From positions 1 to 32,572 of the forward strand of contig JAGAAT010000101.1 in NCBI GenBank assembly GCA_017615095.1: a stretch of DNA of 32,572 bases. Direction: 5' to 3'. A program made the translations under genes and the position numbers. This document shows positions 1 to 6,922 of this stretch, piece by piece; position 1 is the stretch's first letter, and each line of letters opens with the position of its first letter. The notes beneath the pieces are model-generated. The model was not told where the DNA came from and searched no databases. It saw only the letters and a list, made by a program, of their open reading frames with translations. The stretch comes from a bacterium (GTDB taxonomy: Bacteria > UBP6 > UBA1177).

Positions 1-264
1 AACAAAATCAGGGTCCTGGCGCTGAAAAAACGCAAAAAGCTCCTGATCGAGGTAAGCAACGACGGCCCGGAGATCCCGGAGGAGTTCAGATCTTCGATTT
101 TCGAGCCATTCTACACGACTAGAAAGAACGGAAACGGTCTCGGGCTTGCGGTTTGCGAAAAGGTCGTGAGACTTTCCGGCGGAACAATAACCCTGAAGGA
201 GAGCACTCAGAATATCACCAGATTTTTGATCTCCTTCCCGCTCGAGGCTGTCGTTTCCCGCTAG
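1..264 (+). CDS. Sensor histidine kinase, C-terminal HATPase_c fragment (5'-partial)
   Basis: Own translation of frame 1: ...IEVSNDGPEIPEEFRSSIFEPFYTTRKNGNGLGLAVCEKVV...TRFLISFP..* (G1, F and G2 boxes). TAG at 262-264. Absent from the ORF track. Confidence 0.9.
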   Translation, partial: NKIRVLALKKRKKLLIEVSNDGPEIPEEFRSSIFEPFYTTRKNGNGLGLAVCEKVVRLSGGTITLKESTQNITRFLISFPLEAVVSR

Positions 265-309
265 TAAAAAATTTTTTTCCCTAAAAATTGCGAAGCTTTA
301 ACTCAAAAT

Positions 310-337
310 TTGACATAACGACTTTGTAAACTACTAT
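310..337 (+). promoter_or_regulatory. Putative sigma70 promoter of the kinase gene (TTGACA-N16-TACTAT)
   Basis: Perfect -35 at 310-315 and -10 at 332-337, upstream of ATG 373. Confidence 0.6.
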
Positions 338-372
338 ATGCAGAAGGACTGTTGTTTTTTTTGCGGTGCGAT

Positions 373-2292
373 ATGGAAGGTAAGCAGCTTACGACAAAAT
401 TTCCCTCTCTCTTCGGCAAATATTACCTGCTGGAGCTGGTAAACCTCGGTGGTATGGCCGAGATCTTCAAGGCAAAGATGTTCGGTGTCGAGGGCTTCGA
501 AAAGATCGTCGCGATCAAACGGATCCTGCCCGAAGTCGCAGTTGACGAAGAGTTCATCAAAATGTTTATCGATGAGGCCAAGATCGCCGTACGTCTGCAG
601 CACCCGAACATCGTCCAGATCTATGAGCTCGGAAACATCGACGGCTCCTACTTTATCGCGATGGAACTTGTCAACGGCAAGGATCTGAAGGTCATCCGCC
701 AGCGCCTGAAGAGAGTCGAGCTCCTGATGCCGGTCGAGCAGAGCGCATACATCATCTCTCAGGTCTGCGACGGTCTCGATTACGCACACCGCAAGACTGA
801 CGAGCACATGAATTCGCTCAACATCGTCCACCGTGATGTTTCGCCTCAAAATATCATCGTCTCCTACGAGGGAAACGTTAAGCTCATCGACTTCGGTATC
901 GCGAAGGCGCAGAGCAAATCCACAAAAACCCAGGCCGGGATGGTCAAGGGGAAGTTCAGCTATATGTCTCCCGAACAGGTCAACGGCAAGGTCCTGGACA
1001 GACGCAGCGATATCTTCTCGCTCGGCGTAGTCTTTTTCGAAATGCTCACCGGGAAGCGCCTTTTCCTCGGCAAGAGCGATGTCGAGACGCTTGAAAAGGT
1101 CCGTGCGGCCGAAGTCGTTCCGCCGAGTATGTTCAACAGCAGCGTTCCGCCGGAGATCGACAGGATCGTCATGAAGGCTCTGGCCCGCGAGCGCGAGGAC
1201 CGCTACCAGTGGGCGAGCGAATTTTCCGATGACCTGAAGAAGTTCAGCTACTCTTCGGACAAGCGTTTCTCGCGTCAGGACATGATGAATTTCATGAGCG
1301 AGTTCTTTGCCGACGAGCTTGAGGAGGAGACCGCAAAGCTCGAAAGCTATAAAAAGATCCCGAAGCCGCCCGAGGTCAAGACTCCTGCACCGGAATCCGC
1401 TCCGGCAGAAAGCAACACCTCTTCGATTTACGTCAACCGCAAGGCCAGCGATGCAAAGAAGGTCATGGCTATCCTGATCTCCGCGCTGGTCCTGATCGCT
1501 ATAACGATCACCGCTCTCGTTCTCGTGAAAAACCAGAAGGACGACACGGCGGCTCTGATAATCAACAGCGAGCCGCAGAAGACCATCGTCGTTCTGGACA
1601 AGGGGACAATGTACCAGAAACGCTGCGAGACTCCGTGCGTCATGGAGGGGCTTCTTCCCGGACAGCGCGAAATCGAGTTCTCACGCGAAGGCTACATCCC
1701 GCTGCGCGAAACGGTCATTCTCGGCAAGGGCGACAGGCTCGAAAAGTTCGTCAAGCTCTACAAGGTCGGCGAGCAGAAGACGATGATCACCGTCAAGTCC
1801 GATCCTGATAACGCGGTGCTTTACGTCAACGATAAAAAGGCGGCGTCGAACACTCCGACGGTCGTCAGCGATATCCCGGTCGGGATGGATGTCGTGGTCA
1901 GAGTCGAAAAACACGGCTACTATCCTTACGAGGAGAACATCGGAAAGGTCCCTGCGAACAGCAACAAGGAGCTGGAGATCATTCTTAAACCGATGAAAAA
2001 CGCTCCGGCGCCCCGCGAAAAGGATGTCAGGAAGGGCTCTTCAAAGTCTTCTGCGCAGGATAAGGCGCCTGTCGATTCATCTGAAACCGCATATATCACG
2101 ATCCAGGCGAATCCTTGGGCAAATGTATATCTCGACGGCAAGCTCATCGGCTCGACACCGATTTCAAAGTTCGCTCTGCCGGCAGGTTCGCACAAGATCC
2201 AGTTCAAGAATCCGAAATCGAAAATAGATAAGACTTTCCCCGTCGAACTGAAACCCGGCGAACATCACCGGATGGTTCAGAATTTCTACTGA
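373..2292 (+). CDS. Membrane Hanks-type Ser/Thr protein kinase with extracytoplasmic PEGA domains
   Basis: GGMAEIF, VAIK, HRDVSPQN, DFG and YMSPEQ motifs; TM segment (VMAILISALVLIAITITALVLV); PEGA-like repeats (INSEP, VKSDP, NPWANVYLDG..TP). Start placed at ATG 373. Confidence 0.93.
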   Translation: MEGKQLTTKFPSLFGKYYLLELVNLGGMAEIFKAKMFGVEGFEKIVAIKRILPEVAVDEEFIKMFIDEAKIAVRLQHPNIVQIYELGNIDGSYFIAMELVNGKDLKVIRQRLKRVELLMPVEQSAYIISQVCDGLDYAHRKTDEHMNSLNIVHRDVSPQNIIVSYEGNVKLIDFGIAKAQSKSTKTQAGMVKGKFSYMSPEQVNGKVLDRRSDIFSLGVVFFEMLTGKRLFLGKSDVETLEKVRAAEVVPPSMFNSSVPPEIDRIVMKALAREREDRYQWASEFSDDLKKFSYSSDKRFSRQDMMNFMSEFFADELEEETAKLESYKKIPKPPEVKTPAPESAPAESNTSSIYVNRKASDAKKVMAILISALVLIAITITALVLVKNQKDDTAALIINSEPQKTIVVLDKGTMYQKRCETPCVMEGLLPGQREIEFSREGYIPLRETVILGKGDRLEKFVKLYKVGEQKTMITVKSDPDNAVLYVNDKKAASNTPTVVSDIPVGMDVVVRVEKHGYYPYEENIGKVPANSNKELEIILKPMKNAPAPREKDVRKGSSKSSAQDKAPVDSSETAYITIQANPWANVYLDGKLIGSTPISKFALPAGSHKIQFKNPKSKIDKTFPVELKPGEHHRMVQNFY

Positions 2293-2410
2293 TTTTAAGC
2301 TATTGCTTTTTCCCCGTTTGAAGTACAATTACCTGTAATTTTTTTTTAAGGCGCACTGCGTTTTGAAAAAATTGCGGTCACAATTACTGACTTTTCTGAT
2401 GGAGGTTCTC

Positions 2411-3781
2411 ATGAAAAGAAACATTTTTAAGCTGATGGCACTTGCATTTGTCTTTTTTCTGATGGTCAGCTGCGGCGGCTCTTCGAACGGCGACAATACG
2501 GACACAGGCGATTCCGGTGACACAACGGCTGATACGGGCGATACGACCGAGCCTGCGGATACCGGCGACACCGATGAGGGCAAGTGGGAAGCGAAGTACA
2601 AAAAGGCTGACGGACACGCTGATAAAGTTTCAAAGGATGTTGTCAAGGCGAACAACGATCTCGGAATGAAGCTCTTCAGCGCTCTTGCATCCGAAGAACC
2701 TGGCAAAAATATGATGATTTCACCGCTTTCGATCTCGATCGCTATGGCGATGGTCACAAACGGCGCATCCGGCGAAAACCTTGACGAAATGAAAAACGTC
2801 CTCGGCTTCGGCGATATGGATTTTTCCGAAATAAACGCTCAATTCGCCGATCTTGTCCAGAGTCTGGTCGAAGCTGACAAAGATCTGGTCCTTTCGATCG
2901 CGGATTCCGTATGGATGGATGACGAACTGGAACCGGATGTAAAGCAGGATTTCATTGATGTTCTCACGGAATTTTATGACGCGGCGTTTTTCACCGAAGA
3001 TTTCCAGGATGAGGCGACTGTCGGCAAGATAAATTCGTGGGTCTCCGAAAAAACTAACGGAAAAATCGAGAAAGTCATCGAAAAAATCGGTCCGCAGGCA
3101 GTCATGTATCTCATCAACGCGATCTATTTCAAGGCTGCGTGGACGACCTCTTTCGACAAAGAGAGCACTTATGAAGGCGCTTTCATCCTTTCCGACGGAA
3201 CGGAAGGCAAGGCAGACTACATGGCATTTGCTCCCGATCAGGAGGTCCCCGAGTTTAAAAATTATTCGACGGACTGGAGCGATGAAAACGGTTATTCAGT
3301 TGTCAGAATCCCCTACGGGCGTGATGTCTTTGCGTTTTACGGCATAGTTCCGAATCCTGGCAACAAAACAAATATAGACGAATTCATTAAGAAAATCGCT
3401 GAAAACGGTATTGATTCCTATTTTTCGCAGCTCGAAAAGGGCGGATTCCATGTCCAGCTCCCGAAGTTCAAGTTCGCTTACGACAAATCGCTTGTCGATG
3501 TCTTCAAGAGTTTGGGAATGGAAAAGGCTTTTGCTGAAGGAGGTCTTACGAATATCGCCGATGAACCGCACTCTCTGTTCATTTCAGATATTTTCCACAA
3601 GACATTTGTCGAAGTGAACGAAGAGGGTACCGAAGCGGCGGCGGTGACAGTTGTCGAAGTCGGTGAAAAAGCCGAGCCTTCAGGATTTTTTGCTAACCGT
3701 CCGTTCGTATTCGTGATCCGCGACGACAGAACGGGATCGGTCCTTTTCGTCGGAAAAGTAGAAAATCCGAAAGCTGAATAG
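2411..3781 (+). CDS. Serpin lipoprotein 1 (predicted P1-P1' Lys-Ala)
   Basis: SD GGAGG, lipobox MVSC, acidic DTGD tether, NMMISPLSI, NAIYFKAAW, LPKF, hinge EEGTEAAA, NRPFVFVI. Confidence 0.95.
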   Translation: MKRNIFKLMALAFVFFLMVSCGGSSNGDNTDTGDSGDTTADTGDTTEPADTGDTDEGKWEAKYKKADGHADKVSKDVVKANNDLGMKLFSALASEEPGKNMMISPLSISIAMAMVTNGASGENLDEMKNVLGFGDMDFSEINAQFADLVQSLVEADKDLVLSIADSVWMDDELEPDVKQDFIDVLTEFYDAAFFTEDFQDEATVGKINSWVSEKTNGKIEKVIEKIGPQAVMYLINAIYFKAAWTTSFDKESTYEGAFILSDGTEGKADYMAFAPDQEVPEFKNYSTDWSDENGYSVVRIPYGRDVFAFYGIVPNPGNKTNIDEFIKKIAENGIDSYFSQLEKGGFHVQLPKFKFAYDKSLVDVFKSLGMEKAFAEGGLTNIADEPHSLFISDIFHKTFVEVNEEGTEAAAVTVVEVGEKAEPSGFFANRPFVFVIRDDRTGSVLFVGKVENPKAE

Positions 3782-3813
3782 GTGCTTCTGCAAACCTTCT
3801 AACGGAGATCAAA

Positions 3814-5334
3814 ATGAAAAAATCTATGATCCTTTTCACGGTTTTTACACTCTTTTTCCTCGTTTCGTGCGGCGGCGGCAGTAATGAAAACGGCGGCGAT
3901 ACTGCACCGGACGGAGACACAACTGACACAGGCGATTCCGGTGACACAACGGCTGATACCGGCGATACTGCACCGGACGGCGATACCGGAGAGACGGAAA
4001 CGGATGCCGATGCAACTGACACCGGTGATATCGGACCGGATGCGGATGAGGGCGATACCGAAGATCCGGCGTTGATACAGGCTTATTCAGTCGCCGATGC
4101 ACACGCAGAGGCTGTTTCAGCCGAGATCGTCAAGGCAAATACGAGGCTAGGGCTCAACATTTTTGAAAAGCTCGCGGTAGGAAAACACGAAAACATTATG
4201 ATTTCACCTCTTTCGATTTCGATCGCTATGGTGATGGCGGCGAACGGCACCGAAAACGAGTCTCTCGCCGAGATGAAGGAGGTCCTCGGGTACGGTGAGA
4301 TGGAGCTTCCGGCGGTGAACGAACAGTTCAGGGAGCTTATCGCAAGCCTTGTTTCTGCCGATAAGGATCTCGTTCTTGAGATCGCAAACTCGATCTGGCT
4401 CGACGATGCTATTGCGGATGAAATCAAAGAGGAGTTCATCGCTGTTCTTGAAGATAGTTACGACGCTGAGCTTTTCGAGGCAGATTTCGGCGATGATGCT
4501 ACAGTTGAGCTCATCAACTCCTGGGTTGCGGAAAAGACGCACGGCAAGATCGACAAAATTATTGACGGGATCGGTCCGGAGAGTGTCATGCACCTTATCA
4601 ACGCGGTCTACTTCAAGGCTACGTGGAGTGTAGCGTTCGACAAGGATGCGACTTTTAACAGAGAGTTCATTCTATCAGACGGAACCAAAACGGATGCCGA
4701 TTATATGGGCTTTTTTTCTAACGAGAAAAACATGGGCATAACATACGGGAACTATGTAATTTCGGGTCAGAATGTCGCCAGTGTCAGGATCCCATACGGC
4801 AGAGACGCGTTTGCCTTTTATGCGTATGTAGCCAATCCAGATTATGGCACTCCTGAGGACGAAGTCATCGGCGTTGACGAGATCATCGGCAAAATTGTTG
4901 AAAAGGGGCTGGAATGGTATCTCTCCTTCGCAAAACACATAGATTACACTATTCGTCTTCCCAAGTTCAAATTCGAGTATAATAAGTCTCTTAAGAATGT
5001 TTTTGAATCTCTCGGGCTTGAGAAACTTTTCGGAAGCGGAGGCATGTCGGCAGCTGCTCCTTCACTTTATGTGTCGGGAATCACTCATAAAACCTATATC
5101 GACGTGAACGAAGAGGGCACCGAAGCTGCGGCTGTCACGGATATAGACGTCGGTGATACCGGAGACGAAGGTCCCAACAGGTTTCAGGGTTTCTACGGCA
5201 AAAGACCATTCTTCTTCTTTATCCGCGACGAGAGGAACGGCACGATCCTTTTCATGGGCAAGGTCGAAAGACCCGAATACGAAGAGTGGTTCCTGAATTT
5301 CCGGTTTCGATCCAAGGTCAGAAATTTCTATTGA
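3814..5334 (+). CDS. Serpin lipoprotein 2 (predicted P1-P1' Thr-Gly), with a C-terminal read-through extension
   Basis: Lipobox LVSC, long acidic tether, ISPLSI, NAVYFKATW, EEGTEAAA, RPFFFFI. Confidence 0.95.
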   Translation: MKKSMILFTVFTLFFLVSCGGGSNENGGDTAPDGDTTDTGDSGDTTADTGDTAPDGDTGETETDADATDTGDIGPDADEGDTEDPALIQAYSVADAHAEAVSAEIVKANTRLGLNIFEKLAVGKHENIMISPLSISIAMVMAANGTENESLAEMKEVLGYGEMELPAVNEQFRELIASLVSADKDLVLEIANSIWLDDAIADEIKEEFIAVLEDSYDAELFEADFGDDATVELINSWVAEKTHGKIDKIIDGIGPESVMHLINAVYFKATWSVAFDKDATFNREFILSDGTKTDADYMGFFSNEKNMGITYGNYVISGQNVASVRIPYGRDAFAFYAYVANPDYGTPEDEVIGVDEIIGKIVEKGLEWYLSFAKHIDYTIRLPKFKFEYNKSLKNVFESLGLEKLFGSGGMSAAAPSLYVSGITHKTYIDVNEEGTEAAAVTDIDVGDTGDEGPNRFQGFYGKRPFFFFIRDERNGTILFMGKVERPEYEEWFLNFRFRSKVRNFY

Positions 5335-5520
5335 TTTTTCCTTTACTATTTTTTTTTTTTTTCGTTAAAGTACGATCATTGCTGTTTTTTCCGGGCATAT
5401 CGTGTCCGAATAAATCAGCGGTTATTTACTGACTTTTCTGATGGAGGTTGTTATGAAAAGAGACATTTTTAAGCTTCTGGCTGCTGCACTTGTCCTCTTT
5501 CTGATGGCTGCCTGCGGAGG
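5316..5520 (+). repeat. Diverged direct repeat of 2274-2480 (kinase 3' tail, intergenic region and serpin-1 leader)
   Basis: ggttcagaatttctactgatttt (2274) vs ggtcagaaatttctattgatttt (5316); exact 24-mer ttactgacttttctgatggaggtt at 2384-2407 and 5426-5449; MKRNIFKL vs MKRDIFKL. Confidence 0.85.
5349..5362. repeat. T14 homopolymer upstream of serpin 3
   Basis: Counted directly; lies between TTTACT (5342-5347) and TACGAT (5371-5376). Confidence 0.9.
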
Positions 5521-6910
5521 CGGTGACAAAAATGACGAGGATGCCCAGCCGGACGGAGACACAACGGACAGCGGTACTGTCGAGCCGACCGACACGGGCG
5601 ATACTGCGCCTGACGGTGATACCGGCGATACCGATCCTGACGGTGACATCGGAGACACGGAGACGGACGATGATAACGGTGACACCGAAGATCCTGCGGT
5701 GATGCAGGCTTATTCTGTTGCCGATGCACACGCAGAGGCTGTTTCAGCCGAGATCGTTGAGGCTAACACGAGGCTCGGGCTCAACATTTTTGAAAAACTC
5801 GCGGTCGGGAAACACGAAAACATTATGATCTCTCCGCTTTCGATTTCGATCGCTATGGCGATGGCGGCGAACGGCACCGAAAACGAATCTCTTGCCGAGA
5901 TGAAGGAGGTGCTCGGCTACGGCGAGATGGATCTTCCGACGGTGAACGAGCAGTTCAGAGAGCTTATCGCGAGCCTTGTTTCTGCGGATAAGGATCTCGT
6001 TCTTGAGGTCGCAAACTCGATCTGGGTCGATGAGATATTTTCCGAGGAGATCAGGGATGAGTTCATCACTGTTCTTGAGGAGAGTTACGACGCAGAACTT
6101 TTCAAGGCTGATTTCGGCGATGACGAGACGGTAGAACTCATCAACTCCTGGGTTGCGGAAAAGACGCACGACAAGATCGACAAGATCATCGATTCTATCG
6201 GTCCGCAGACTGTTATGCACCTCATCAACGCGGTTTACTTCAAGGCTGCGTGGAGTATCGCTTTCGACAAGGAGGCGACCTTTACCGCTAAGTTCATTCT
6301 TGCGGACGGAACATTAACGGATGCCGAATACATGGGCTTCAAGGAGTACAGCAGCCTGAACGGAGTTAAGTACGGCGACTATGTCATCTCGGATCAGGAT
6401 GTCGCCGGTGTCAGGATCCCATACGGCAGAGACGCATTCGCCTTTTATGCTTATGTCGCAAATCCATCTTTTGAGGCAGCGATCGACGGAGTTCTGACGG
6501 TTGACGAGATCATCAGCAATTTCGTAAAAAAGGGGAACTTCACCGGCTATATGCCCTCTGCTGCGCCGAATTATTACAAGATCCATCTCCCCAAGTTCAA
6601 ATTTGAGTATAAAGAGTCTCTCGTGGAGATTTTTAAATCTCTCGGGGTCGAGAAACTCTTTGAAGACGGCGGAATGTCGGCTGCTCATTCGGCTCTATAT
6701 GTTTCTGGAATCACTCACAAAACCTATATCGACGTGAACGAAGAGGGAACAGAGGCGTCGGCTGTCACGGATATAGAAGCCGATGTCGGCGGTCCTGAGA
6801 ATTTCCCCGGCTTCTACGGCAGAAGACCATTCTTCTTCTTCATCCGCGACGAGAGGAACGGCACGATACTCTTCATGGGCAAGGTCGAAAAGCCCGAATA
6901 CGAGGAGTAA
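5453..6910 (+). CDS. Serpin lipoprotein 3 (predicted P1-P1' Gly-Gly)
   Basis: SD GGAGG, lipobox MAAC, acidic tether, hinge EEGTEASA; body closely similar to serpin 2. Confidence 0.95.
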   Translation: MKRDIFKLLAAALVLFLMAACGGGDKNDEDAQPDGDTTDSGTVEPTDTGDTAPDGDTGDTDPDGDIGDTETDDDNGDTEDPAVMQAYSVADAHAEAVSAEIVEANTRLGLNIFEKLAVGKHENIMISPLSISIAMAMAANGTENESLAEMKEVLGYGEMDLPTVNEQFRELIASLVSADKDLVLEVANSIWVDEIFSEEIRDEFITVLEESYDAELFKADFGDDETVELINSWVAEKTHDKIDKIIDSIGPQTVMHLINAVYFKAAWSIAFDKEATFTAKFILADGTLTDAEYMGFKEYSSLNGVKYGDYVISDQDVAGVRIPYGRDAFAFYAYVANPSFEAAIDGVLTVDEIISNFVKKGNFTGYMPSAAPNYYKIHLPKFKFEYKESLVEIFKSLGVEKLFEDGGMSAAHSALYVSGITHKTYIDVNEEGTEASAVTDIEADVGGPENFPGFYGRRPFFFFIRDERNGTILFMGKVEKPEYEE

Positions 6911-6922
6911 TTTCCCAAATCA

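Noticed and set aside
3814-6910. Diversity-generating retroelement (template/variable repeat pair) acting on the serpins
   Set aside because: No reverse transcriptase in the window, differences are not adenine-specific, and both copies are full genes
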